Shown: piece by piece, positions 12,325 to 23,210 of the stretch | Position numbering within the stretch: position 1 is the first letter of the stretch | How the letters are laid out: each line of letters begins with the position of its first letter | Assembly (NCBI GenBank): GCA_041391465.1 | Contig: JAWKNX010000018.1 | Coordinates: forward strand, 563-64,562 | DNA: 64,000 nt | Reading direction: 5' to 3' | Source of the DNA: Bdellovibrionales bacterium | Lineage (GTDB): Bacteria; Bdellovibrionota; Bdellovibrionia; Bdellovibrionales; UBA1609 | Made by a program: the position numbers and the translations under genes | Notes under the pieces: model-generated | What the model was told of the DNA's origin: nothing | Databases searched by the model: none | Seen by the model: only the letters and a program-made list of their open reading frames with translations

Positions 12325-12341
12325 ATTTCAAATTCGCATTC

Positions 12342-12399
12342 AAAGGTGCGGACCTACTTTTGGGACGATCCGCATCCAATAAAGTAGTAGGCACCTCAT
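12342..12399. repeat. REP-like imperfect palindrome, copy A1
   Basis: First 38 nt (AAAGGTGCGGACCTACTTTTGGGACGATCCGCATCCAA) are identical to 16749-16786; ends GGCACCTCAT. Confidence 0.85.
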
Positions 12400-12413
12400 T
12401 TTTTATCGTTAAA

Positions 12414-12871
12414 TCATCCAAAATCTTTGTAATCGAAAGGGATATCCTCCCAGGCAGTGCCGTCTATTACATCACATAACTCATTCTCAAAGAGGCTTCG
12501 TAACAAATTCAGAATAGGCTTCGTAGTCCGAATCTTCAAACACCTTTCCTGGGTCACTTAAATTGGTATAGGTTTTCAATTTTTCGTCCCAACTATTTTG
12601 GGATTTGCTTTCACTGGTTTTCTTTGAATTTCAAATAATTTAAAATGGTGAAAGCATTTTTATCTTTGAAATACTACAATTAATGATTTGTTGATTCTTT
12701 AGTATTGAAAATCTAATTTTCCGTTTAATATCGGAGTTTTCAAAAGTAATCGCATGGGAGAATTTGTCGAAAAGTTTAAAAGGTTCAGGCCGACTTAATT
12801 ATGTAGCCTCGATCATTCAAATGCTGACGAATTAAATCAAAGGATTGGTTTAAATTTTCTATTTGCTTCAT
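12414..12871 (-). CDS. Unannotated ~150-codon gene, candidate orphan immunity protein (frameshifted or degraded)
   Basis: AAGGAG RBS with ATG (MKQIENLNQSFDLIRQHLNDRGY); 3' end reads ENELCDVIDGTAWEDIPFDYKDFG-stop. Confidence 0.5.
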
Positions 12872-12905
12872 CAACTCCTTTCTCATAAAACCCGCTACAC
12901 TCTAT

Positions 12906-12963
12906 AAGGCTTGGACCTACTTTTGGGGCTAACCAAATCCAAAACAGACAAATAGTACTTCAT
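12906..12963. repeat. REP-like element, degenerate copy A2
   Basis: Aligns without gaps to A3: GGACCTACTTTTGGG...ATCCAAAA.AGAC...TCAT; overlaps the stop codon of 12960..13274. Confidence 0.75.
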
Positions 12964-13274
12964 TGAGACCGCGTGTCATTTTTTAATTTATCAAAATAGT
13001 TCGAATATAGATTTTCAATCTCACAGGCATCATCATAGATATCTCTATCGAAATTATATTCACCAAAAAACCTTGAAAAACCAAAAACAGGGCTAGTTGG
13101 TTTAAATCTATTCTCTCGAATTGCTTTGATTCTCCCTACAACCACAGCCAGAGCGCGCGTATTTTGATCAGCCTTGGCAACATCGGCATGTTCCGCATCT
13201 TCAAAAGAAATATTAAATCTATCCGATATCTTTTTCGCCAGCTTCACTAACTTCGAATTTATTTCTTCAGTCAT
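12960..13274 (-). CDS. Putative cognate immunity protein
   Basis: 104-aa ORF overlapping the stop of the upstream toxin gene. Confidence 0.65.
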   Translation of the reverse strand: MTEEINSKLVKLAKKISDRFNISFEDAEHADVAKADQNTRALAVVVGRIKAIRENRFKPTSPVFGFSRFFGEYNFDRDIYDDACEIENLYSNYFDKLKNDTRSQ

Positions 13275-14870
13275 TTGTAATTTTCCTCGAACTCCACAGC
13301 CAATTTACACTAAAGTTTTCAAAAAGGTATTGAACTCCCTGCCCTGAAAGGTCGCGTCCCAATATATCATCAGTCTGTGGGCGTGCCATCCCCTTTATAG
13401 CGCTAACTTCGGTACCTTTTGGAATTTTTGCCACGCTAACGACATCTCGGGCACCCCACACTCTCGCTAAGGCGAGCTGTTCATGTAGATCATCTATGGT
13501 ACTTATACTGTTTGACTGTTCCAGGGTCGTCCAATACTTCATTGTACCCATATTTTCGGAGTCGTGAAATTTGACCAAGATTAAGTCTTCGTCAATGGCA
13601 CCTTGGATTCTTCTGTATCCAGGTTCAAAGTTTCGAACTTCTCTTTCGATATGACTAGAATAATTTATTCTTAACCCTCCGTCGGAATGCTTAATAAATC
13701 CATCAGAGCCATTTGCCAATGATGTTACAAACCTTTCGATTCCGCCTTCTAAAGTCGAGCCTCCAGGTGCTAACTTGTCTATCGCTCTAAGTCCCTTTGA
13801 CAACACTGACCCGAACCCAAGTGTTACTACACCAAACACAGCAAACCCACGCCCCCATTTATCAAGCTCTTCTCCATCAATTAACCGCTTACCGGTTATG
13901 GCTTCATAGGTATCTTTTCCGAATCCCACAAATGGGACAAACCCGAGTGTTATGTCGGCCATCTCTACTGCAATTTTTTGGTAAAATTCTGCGGCTTCAG
14001 AATCAGCACTCTCGAAACTAACTCGTCCTTCTTCTATAGCAGTTAACCCAATAGCTTTTGCTTTTCTTTGTTGTGGTGATAGAACATGACGACTTTCAAA
14101 GGCTTCTTCAATGCGAGTCATATCTGCGAGGTAATTGCCAGAGAGTGAATCCTTTATTGATTCTGAACTCGATTTACCTTGCAACACTTCCAATTGTTCC
14201 AGCTCAGCACTTGAAAGATTGGATACGGAAATACTAAAAGTACTTTCAGGAGAAACATCAACAGTGGTCTGTTGAGTAAACTCACCCAATACCTGAACTA
14301 GTTTTTCCGAAGCCTCTAATCGTTGAGTTCCAGTGGCTCGAGCGGTTTCGATTATTATTGGTTCAATATTGTAAATATGCTCATTGTAAGCCCTGGCTAA
14401 AGAGGCATCATACCCACCTTTACGAAATCTTTTATTTCTTTCCCTTCGCCAACGGTGGACTTCCTTGGGGAGACTCAATCGATCTTTATCCTCACGATTG
14501 CCGAACAAATATGTATTTGCAAGGTCGATTTGATTCGCCCTAAACATCTCGCGGTAATTTGAACTTAAACTTGAAAGGTCTGGATAAAAATAATTAAACC
14601 AGTTAGAATAAGGAGAAACATCTGGAGTTTCGGGTAGGTCAACTACTGGTGGCGGAATATCTGTATCGCTTGGAGCATCAGGCAGCAGGAGGCAGCCCAT
14701 CTGGCAAATTGCTGAAGCCAATAAACTCTGGTGGGATAAAGGGATCCACTTCCAGCAGTGGTGGCACGATGTAAAGGCTCTATCCATTACTATCATGTCT
14801 ACACAAGCATTCGCGGGGGCACTAACTACACATAAATAAGTAAATAGAAAAAATAAAAATAAACTCCTCA
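13267..14870 (-). CDS. Polymorphic toxin with pre-toxin TG (PT-TG) domain
   Basis: ADITLGFVPFVGFGKDTYEAITGKRLIDGEEL is a PT-TG signature; distinct ~130-aa C-terminal domain; in-frame signal-like LRSLFLFFLFTYLCVVSAPANA upstream of the called ATG 14796 (true start uncertain). Confidence 0.8.
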
Positions 14871-15257
14871 GTGATCGACCTCACTTTTTAAAAGTGTGTG
14901 TAGGCTGAATGCGAGTTCTTCAGTATAATTTAGGCAGTTGGCTTCGAGCGCCAAACTTTTACTTTGAAATTCTCTGCAAAGATTTTGCAGCATAAATCTT
15001 CCATCCAGTGTCCTGTAATTGGAGCGTAATGAATTTAATGTCGTATTTAAACCATTCGAAGGAAATTCCAACCCACAGAGTGTCCTCCTTGATTCAAAAA
15101 CTTTCTCTAAAGTGGGGAGAGCCTCAATAATTAATCTAGCTCCATAGATGTCATTTCTCAATTTTGCCGCCTCATATCTGATCCTTGCTCTGTGCATGCG
15201 CAAATTTAGGGAGCTATTCGATATTTTGCATATACTGGTCTTAATCCCTTTCAGCAT
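14868..15257 (-). CDS. Hypothetical helical protein in the toxin operon
   Basis: 129-aa ORF abutting the toxin gene; may be a fragment of a larger frameshifted gene. Confidence 0.45.
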   Translation of the reverse strand: MLKGIKTSICKISNSSLNLRMHRARIRYEAAKLRNDIYGARLIIEALPTLEKVFESRRTLCGLEFPSNGLNTTLNSLRSNYRTLDGRFMLQNLCREFQSKSLALEANCLNYTEELAFSLHTLLKSEVDH

Positions 15258-15269
15258 AGGCTCGCCCAG

Positions 15270-16509
15270 CCTCCAAAATAGGTTGAATCAGCAGCTCTTT
15301 ACGGCTTCTTCAAGGTTTTCGCTGATTTCAGAAGGCACTCATCGCTTTTTCATTCTCATCTTCAAGAACATTAAGAATATTTAAAAAGAGCGTCGCTTTA
15401 TATGGCCAAATTTATCATGATTTATCTCATGTGTTCGAGCTCGGAAGCCATATGGACCATCGTGCATTCTGCTGATAAATTGTTTGCGTTGATTTCACGA
15501 CATTATAGCACTCAACAACACTAAAGGATCGAGACGCGAATCTACATTTTCCAACAATTTCATCCATATTTGCAACTGCTAGAGAAAGACCCTTTGCAAT
15601 GGCTTTAATTGGGAGATGTATTTCTCGCTCATAGTGAGCTATTGCTTTAATTGTGTCGTCCGCATAGGCTGGTAGGTAAATGGCCAAAGCCAATAGTGCA
15701 TTAATAATCCACTTAAGTTTTAAACAATTTTTGACATGACTTACTCTCCCACCTAGTGACGACGGATTCCACATACTTAATTCGTCGGTGGCACTCGGCA
15801 ACCCTAGTTTCAAACTGAGATTTATTTTGCAAGTAGGCTGCTATATGGCTCTAAGAAACGCCTATCTTCTTGGGCGCCCAATAGCTCATTAGAAGTTTGA
15901 TCAATTAAGTCTTTTAAAAACTCGAGGTTGTTTGATACAGGGTTTTCGGCATCCTGGAGTAAGCCCACTATCTGTCGTTAGGGATTCTGATTTCAACTAT
16001 GATTGTGATGAGTATTGAATCAGATGACCTCTTCTTCACCAACTGTGCTTCTGTAACTCCACATCGGATATCCACAATAAGGTCCATTATGAAGTATTTC
16101 ATCACCAGTTATTTGTAATTCATGAGCTGCTACTTACTTTTATTTAGGCAAGTAGTCTATTGCTCTCAGCAAATACAGAATTTAACCTTTTTAATTTTTT
16201 TCCAGTTGATTGAATTCTCGCATTAGCTCGATCAAAAGAATCTCTTAGTGGCTTAGTGTTATTCTCTGCAGCTAGTGCTTCTGCTGAAACTATTTCCAAT
16301 TGCTGAATTGCGATTTTCATTGCATGGCGGGCTTTGCCAATTTCACTCGAACGCTCATGTGCGCATTCGCGATATCGTCGATCTTTAATTTCTCGAAGGG
16401 AGGGGCGGTCACCCCCGCGCCCCTGTGCGCACACGAAGTTTGGGGCAGCTGAAAAAATCACAACGGCTAACCATAGCTTTGCCATTGAAAATGAAATGAT
16501 CCTGTACAT
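15270..16509 (-). CDS. Exported coiled-coil-like protein(s) upstream of the toxin (frameshifted, boundaries uncertain)
   Basis: ATG 16509 MYRIISFSMAKLWLAVVIFSAAPNFVCAQ; fragments 16144..16581 and 15427..15813, the latter with a second signal-like stretch. Confidence 0.45.
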
Positions 16510-16544
16510 GAATAAACCTTTCTTTAATCTTGCCGGGGAGTGAG

Positions 16545-16561
16545 AGCAATTCGAGAACCAA
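16545..16561 (-). promoter_or_regulatory. sigma54 promoter candidate for the toxin operon
   Basis: Minus strand TTGGTTCTCGAATTGCT, GG-N10-GC. Confidence 0.55.
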
Positions 16562-16748
16562 CGGAATTTTGCCTTAACCACTTGAAAACACCTAAAGTAA
16601 ACTTATTGTATTATCCAGAATTTAAGACAATTCCAAAGTTGTGGAACTGGATCCAGATGCATAATTTACATTTACGAAATAAGTCGGGTTGCAGACATAT
16701 TTTGTTTTAGATTCATTCAGAGGTATTAAGGATGCATAAAGGTGCCAT

Positions 16749-16807
16749 AAAGGTGCGGACCTACTTTTGGGACGATCCGCATCCAAAATAGACGCCTGGC
16801 ACCTCAT
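16749..16807. repeat. REP-like element, copy A3
   Basis: 38-nt identity with A1; its left end lies in a tandem duplication CATAAAGGTGC x2 (16735-16756). Confidence 0.85.
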
Positions 16808-16966
16808 GGAATGACTGACAAAATCCGTCGCCATTTCGCGAGTTTTACAGGTCTGCCGGGACTAAAGCGGTCTGATTGAGAAACTATTTCAATTTAAGCC
16901 TGGTCATCTACTTGCACATACCTAGTTATGTTAATTTTAGGGAGTTTTAACGGGAGTAAACGGACT

Positions 16967-17874
16967 GTGCGCAAGTTAGTCATCTGTCTAATTTTTAGTA
17001 CCTTCAGCTTAAGTGCCTTTGGTGGGATCATTGGAGACAAAGATCCTCGGAGTATCATAGGACCTAATAACGATATCGAAGCTGAGGCTGGGCAAGCAAC
17101 TTTTCAAATTCGATCTACATTTGAAAACGTAGACGGTAAGGCGGGTACATCTGCCGCTATTGTGAACCGAAGAATAATGATAACTGCAAAGCATAACATC
17201 ATCGATACCAACACTGGAGAAAGAGCAAAGTCTGCGACGATAGTCCTTAACCCCGAAGCTGACTTTTTGGATCAAAAATTTATAAAAGTATTAATCGCTA
17301 AAACAGTTTGTCGTGAGGATCAGGACAAATGTTGGTTGGTTCTAGAGGAATCCCTGCCTGAGTCGGTCAGTCCATTAAATGTTTTTTTTACTAATGGCGA
17401 GACTGAAGATGAAATTGTGAAAAAATTCAAAGCCCATTTTTTTCCCAATGCGATTGGTAGCAAAATGATAGTAAACGTGAGTTTCAAAATGACACGTTCA
17501 CTGGTGGGAAGACCTTGGATCGAGCTCAAACTAATTCGCCAGCTTCTGCGGCTCGACAGGGTATCGGTGAAATCTATCAGAAATTTCGATCCTATCAGAG
17601 TTGTGATTATAGGGGAGTTGTTGATGGCGATCGGTTTGAGGGTGTTATTGCCAGTGACTGTGCTTCTCGCTATGGCGCAAGTGGTTCGGTTGAGGTGACT
17701 GAAATGGCAGGAGAAGTACTGGCTCTGGCTGTTAAGGTTTCTATGAAAGAGTATGATGTGGATATGCAACCATTCGACCTATATCGAAATGCTGGATATT
17801 CGATACCATTTGATCGAATTGACGATAAAATTGTTGCTCAGATATTATTAGAACTAATGTTCAAAGATTATTGA
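16967..17874 (+). CDS. Secreted trypsin-like serine protease (frameshifted)
   Basis: Signal peptide, IIG N-terminus, MITAKH (His motif), SDCASRYGASGS (Ser motif) in the downstream frame. Confidence 0.7.
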
Positions 17875-17962
17875 AAGTAAATGATTGTCTCGAAATGAGA
17901 CGTATCAAAAAATATCTACTAAAGTCTTAAAGTGTTTCAGAACTAGATCCGATATAAGGGAT

Positions 17963-20342
17963 ATGCATTTATCCCCAAAATATTTGATTGGCATTATTTT
18001 ATTTTTTAGTTCCATCCAATTATCTTTCGCTGGAAGTGATCATTGGGTTATGGACACTGGCTTTGCCCAGTTGTGTGAAAGTAAAAAAGGGAAGCTCTAC
18101 CAGGGGCCAAGTTGGATAGGCCTCAAACAAACAAGAGATTTTTACTGTTTTACAGATTCAGAGGTTTTTAGAAAAGACGAAAATGATCACAACAATTATG
18201 ACGATATTTCTGGTGGATTCCTGGCGGGCACTTATAAGAGGCTCGAAAAATTTGGAGCCGATAATTTAATAGCGGACTTTTCGCAATTAGAAATTAATGA
18301 AGGCAACCCATTAAATCAAATAAATGCCGGTTTGCCAGAGATTTGTACTAGTGACAGAGTTCGAAATGAAGGGATAGAAGAGCTTTGTAAGCAATGTGCA
18401 TCGGAAAATAATAATGAATCAACGGCCACCCAAGTTTGTGTTGCTCAAAGGAAAGGGCCGATCAATAACTCTGATAGCGAAGGCGCAGATCCAACAACAG
18501 CAGAGTTAATTGCACAGTGGTGCTCGGGGCTTGATGGCACTACTAGATTGGCATGTGTCCAATGTGTCCAGAATGGCGCGAATGATATTTCAAATTGTGT
18601 ACAGGAAAGAGTTAGCGGCGGGTCGCCATCTAGTGAAACAGTTGGTGGTAGTAACAACACACAAAACTCACCGTATTTCACAGGTGATTATGGCGGCACA
18701 ATCGACAAAATCTTTGCTCAGTCTTGTCAAGCAATAGAAGGGCAGTCGAGTCTTGCGAGACAGCCGACCGGAACCGATGCTGCAGGCAATGTTTTAGATT
18801 ATCAAGTGGGATCATCAGACTGCGAGAGAAAGCTCGCATCATTTAAACAAGAATGCCGTGGTAATGACTTTGAATGTGCCCACCGTTGGGCAGAGGAAAT
18901 TTGTTATAACGGCAGTCAAAACTGTATTCAGGCTGTGTATCAAGAGGCGGGATTTCGAACGTCCCAAGAGATCTGGGCGTGGTTTAGAAGCCAAGGTGTG
19001 GATCAATACACTTGGGAGTTAGTGAACGCTTCGATGAATGGCGATCGTGAAATCGCCGAACTCATTAATTGTGAAACTAAAAACGAAGAAGCGGTTCGCT
19101 GTTGTGGCGACCCCATGTCGTGCGCAGTGGGCAACAAACAAGTGGGGCAGGGGTTAAACACCGTTGTCACCTTAGGCACTCCTGGGCACTCAGGGGCCCG
19201 GTTTGGGCATGAGCATTGGTGAGTCATGCCGACTGCTAAAAGGCATCTCCTTGGGCGGAATGGCCGTCAACCAGGGGCTCTCAGCCATGTGTACTAACAA
19301 AGTGGGGCAGTGTAAGAATTTATGTGACGACTCTGAACAGCGATTGAAGACCGCCCAACAAGTGGTTAATCAGCAGTGTGGGCGGTACACAACGCTGGAG
19401 AGATCTGGCATTGGATCGCGCATTTGCTCTCAAGACCGCCAGTTTGGAGAGTACGCACGGCAAGTCCACTCCAAATCCGCACAGTGCCAAAACCAGGCGG
19501 ATCGGGCCCACGCGATGCAAGTGAACTCACTGGCGCAAGGGGCGTTCAGTGCGTTTGCGCAAAAGTGTGAAGATGAAATTAAAACAGCCGAGACGGGTTT
19601 TGAAGGTCTAGACCCAGTGGGGAATACGGCTTTTGATGGCGATTGCCGAACGGCAGCCAACGCCAACAACCCCATTTGTGTACGCTGTAATGCTGATCCA
19701 TCCGCTCCAGGTTGTGAAGGCCTGTTGGTGAATCCTAATATGAATCCCAACGGTATCGCCAGCGGGTTCGGCGAACCTCTCGGTTCGCCAGGGTTCAGCG
19801 CCATTGATACCACATTGCCTGAATTAGATAATCCTTTTGAAAACCCAGAGTACGCTGACCCAATGGCCATCGAAGCCGCGCAAAGAAACGACCCCACTAT
19901 GGGTGCGGGCAACGGCGGCGGAGCCGGCGGTATGGGCGGCCCTGGCATGGATGGAGGATTAGATCCTCTCCCCAAACCTGGAAACCCCAATGGTCAATTG
20001 CAAACAGATATTCTCACTGGTGAGCGCGGTGGTAGTTACAGTGCGAGCAGCATGGGATTTAATGGCGGCGGCGGATTCAGTTACGGGCGAGAGCCTGCGT
20101 CGCTGGCGAAGAAAAATTTAATCGAAGCCCACAAGAAAAGCGGATTTGATTTAAAGAAATACCTGCCTGGCAAACAAGGCACGGCCAAACTTCCTGGCAT
20201 GGCACGAATGCCGGCGAACATTGGTAAAACGACTGATGATATTTTTAAAATGGTATCGCGACGATATCGATTGCGCTGTATGCAAGGGCAATTTTATGGC
20301 TGCCCAGGCGGCGGTCAACCACCGGCAACTCGTGGCCCCTAG
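17963..20342 (+). CDS. Large secreted Cys-rich protein with Gly/Pro-rich C-terminal region (one frameshift near 19190)
   Basis: Signal peptide ending LSFA; ORFs 17885..19222 and 19203..20342 overlap and are compositionally continuous. Confidence 0.7.
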
Positions 20343-20431
20343 GGCTTCTCAGATTGAAACACGAAATCCCGTTTTTGTTAAACACCTGACTAGATTGTTT
20401 ACGGTCAAACACCTCTAAATTAGCACTGAGC

Positions 20432-20447
20432 TGGCACCGTATTCGCA
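20432..20447 (+). promoter_or_regulatory. sigma54 promoter candidate
   Basis: TGGCAC-CGTAT-TCGCA upstream of ATG 20476. Confidence 0.6.
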
Positions 20448-20475
20448 ATTAATAGAGGTGAGCGGGAGGCCTGAA

Positions 20476-21141
20476 ATGGACCAAAACAACAATAACAATA
20501 ACAACAATAATGTCATTGAATTTCCTAAATTTAAAAGTATTCGAGTTTTAGAAAAGTATAAAACTTCTCGGTTTGATCTTGAGCAGAGAAAAGTAGCTCT
20601 CTCAGCATCCATTGCCTCTATTTTATTTGTGATTACTTTTGCCAATTCAAATTTATTTAAATCAGGTGCACAAGATCAAGTGCAGTCGGCCAATCGTATC
20701 CCCGCATCGGTGAGTAGCACTGAGCGCAACCCAGAGTGGGAGCACAAGTTGGCAAAGCGGCTGTCTAAACTTCACTTGCGAAGTGTGGCGAGTATTGGTC
20801 AAAGACCTTCACTTGAAGACAAACTGCGATTTGAAGAACTACAAGGTAAGTATGCGATTCGATTTCAAGGTGAAAACAGATATATTTCTGAAATTGAGTT
20901 CACTAAATTAGACCCGGATGCAAAAGCGCGCCCTCGACTGTTAGGTGATAGCAAAAAGTTTTTACTCGATTATCGCGATCTGATGCCTAACTTTGAAACC
21001 CTTGAGCAGTCCACAGATTACACAAATGATAATCCATCCTATACCTTGGTCGATGCTGGTAAAAAGGTCGCACAAGTGGATTTTCAGCTGGATCGATTTG
21101 GCCGGTTGCTCAAATTAAAAGTGGTTCCAATAGAGTTATAA
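20476..21141 (+). CDS. Hypothetical single-pass membrane protein
   Basis: GGAGG RBS, poly-Asn leader, one TM segment, RIPAS motif. Confidence 0.7.
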   Translation: MDQNNNNNNNNNVIEFPKFKSIRVLEKYKTSRFDLEQRKVALSASIASILFVITFANSNLFKSGAQDQVQSANRIPASVSSTERNPEWEHKLAKRLSKLHLRSVASIGQRPSLEDKLRFEELQGKYAIRFQGENRYISEIEFTKLDPDAKARPRLLGDSKKFLLDYRDLMPNFETLEQSTDYTNDNPSYTLVDAGKKVAQVDFQLDRFGRLLKLKVVPIEL

Positions 21142-21224
21142 TTGACTCGTTTTTAACCACTTCAAAACCTTGAACGACTCAGAATTTTAGAAAGTCAGGG
21201 GCTTAATCTGCCGATAAGCCCTTT

Positions 21225-23210
21225 ATGCATGATGAGAACAATCAAGACGTAAAACCCAATACAGACGCGGAAGAGACGAGTTCGGCTCCACCGACGCCCT
21301 CAGCTAATGAGTTTAACAAACACCTTCATCTGCACACTGCTCTAGCAAGTCCTTTTGATCGGGTTGCGGCCTTCGTTGTGGATCACGCCATTATTCTTAT
21401 ACCTATCCTGGCGTTGATACTAGCTCCATTTAAAAGTGCCATTGCAAAGTTCATGTACCTGGATCAACTCACACCCATGGTTTCGTTGATGTCAACTATG
21501 GCACTGTTTGTGTTTATCTCGGTCTTTCTTTATCACTTTTTATTTTTAGTTTTATATGGTGCCACCCCCGGACGAATGTTGTTTAACTTAGAGGTTGTAC
21601 ATATCGATCCAAAAAAAGATGTTCATGTTTTGAGTTATGCTCTACGCACTCTAGTTTGGATGGTAGAGGCCTGCATGATGTTTTTACCCCACTTGGCGAT
21701 TTTTAATCACTACTTGCAACGCCCTATGCATGATCGTATTGCGAGAACAGTGGTGGTCAATACAAAAGGGGAAGTGTTTACCCCACATCCGATTGAAATG
21801 TCTTTTGCCCGTGGAATGTATTCAGCATTTATCATGTTAATCACCCTTATATTTGCCGTACCGGTCCTACAAGTGGGCTCAAGCCTTTGGGAGCAGCAAA
21901 ATACCCCTAAACCCAACGTGGCCTCGAACAGCGCTCTGTGTGAAGAAGTCACTGAAGCATTTGAAAGTTGGACTCAAAATAGCGGTAGAAAAGCCAACCG
22001 ATTGCAAGTGGCCATCACACTCTTTGCCGGCGATGAGATCGACGAAACTTGTCTCGAATCGGAAGCAGAGATGGCTTTCAACACCGATGCGAAATTGTCG
22101 ACGATCTATTTTGCAAAATCACTGGTGCATAGAAATCAAAGTGAACTCTCTGATAAATATTTTGATGGCGTTTGTCGCAACGATAAAACCTCAAAGGTGT
22201 GCAATATTACAGAACTGTTAGAGCAACCGACCACTGAAAAATGGGAATCTTTTAAAAAGTCCCTACTAGCTGCGGACGACAGTCAATCCTACTTGAAAGT
22301 ATGGGCCCTCCAACACAGTTTACGCACCAATGATTTTAATATGGCCAATGCACTGGTTGATCAACTTCAGGGGTTTCCAAAACTCGGTGGATATTTTTCT
22401 GGAGTGAAGGCGAGAGCTCTTTGGGGTGTGCAAAAATACAAAGAATCCGAAACAATGACAAGCAAAGCCCTTAAAGAAATCACCGGGGAGCAAAAACCCT
22501 ATCTTACGGGTTGGATTTGCTCAGAACAGTTGGCAAGAAGTTGTAGCTACGCTGCAGGTGAGACCTGCCAGAATTTAAAACAAGCCGTTTCGAAAGAGCG
22601 ACGACTTTTACTCATGCCGAGAGTGGCAATGGCCCATATTAAAACCAACGAGTGTGAGCAAGGGGAGAATGTGGATTACATGCCTCTGATTCGAGAAAGC
22701 GTTCTCGACGATGCGCAAGTTTTCATGATGGTGGCGCGCCGACGACAGAGCGGCAAGATGAAAGAATATCAGAACGACCTGTTTAATATGATGCGATCCA
22801 CTGAAATGAATGAAGTGTTTCGACAGGAGATCATGTATCGACTCAGTCTGGATGTTGGTGATCGACCTGAAATACGAGAAGTGCTGTTAAAGGCTTGGCG
22901 TGAATCTCCTTATAGTTTGGCATGGGCACGAACGGGGCAGCAGCTGGTGAAAAACTATTATGATCTTGGCTCGTTTGAGCTCGCAGCTAAATTGGGGGAT
23001 CGAATAATTAGTCGACAGAACTCATTAAACCCGGAATTTAAAGAGAATTTGGTTCTCGCCAATTATAAGGCGGGACGACAGCTACGGGCTTATGAAGTTC
23101 TGTCTCGTCCGGATGATGAGCCCGCATCGAATCGAAAAATAGCCAGTACCGACGAGTACCAACGCGTTGGCGAATTGTTAAATAAAAAATTTAAAGGGAG
23201 TCAGCTGTGA
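21225..23210 (+). CDS. RDD-family membrane protein with a long helical C-terminal domain
   Basis: RVAAFVVD, GATPGRMLFNLEVV, QRPMHDRIARTVVV. Confidence 0.85.
   Translation: MHDENNQDVKPNTDAEETSSAPPTPSANEFNKHLHLHTALASPFDRVAAFVVDHAIILIPILALILAPFKSAIAKFMYLDQLTPMVSLMSTMALFVFISVFLYHFLFLVLYGATPGRMLFNLEVVHIDPKKDVHVLSYALRTLVWMVEACMMFLPHLAIFNHYLQRPMHDRIARTVVVNTKGEVFTPHPIEMSFARGMYSAFIMLITLIFAVPVLQVGSSLWEQQNTPKPNVASNSALCEEVTEAFESWTQNSGRKANRLQVAITLFAGDEIDETCLESEAEMAFNTDAKLSTIYFAKSLVHRNQSELSDKYFDGVCRNDKTSKVCNITELLEQPTTEKWESFKKSLLAADDSQSYLKVWALQHSLRTNDFNMANALVDQLQGFPKLGGYFSGVKARALWGVQKYKESETMTSKALKEITGEQKPYLTGWICSEQLARSCSYAAGETCQNLKQAVSKERRLLLMPRVAMAHIKTNECEQGENVDYMPLIRESVLDDAQVFMMVARRRQSGKMKEYQNDLFNMMRSTEMNEVFRQEIMYRLSLDVGDRPEIREVLLKAWRESPYSLAWARTGQQLVKNYYDLGSFELAAKLGDRIISRQNSLNPEFKENLVLANYKAGRQLRAYEVLSRPDDEPASNRKIASTDEYQRVGELLNKKFKGSQL

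Noticed and set aside
12342..16807. Integron cassette array or CRISPR array
   Set aside because: The repeats lack attC core sites and there is no intI; spacing of 0.5-3.8 kb and absence of cas genes exclude CRISPR
20485..20511. AAC/AAT microsatellite as a phase-variation switch
   Set aside because: In-frame mixed-codon poly-Asn tract; length changes would not shift the frame
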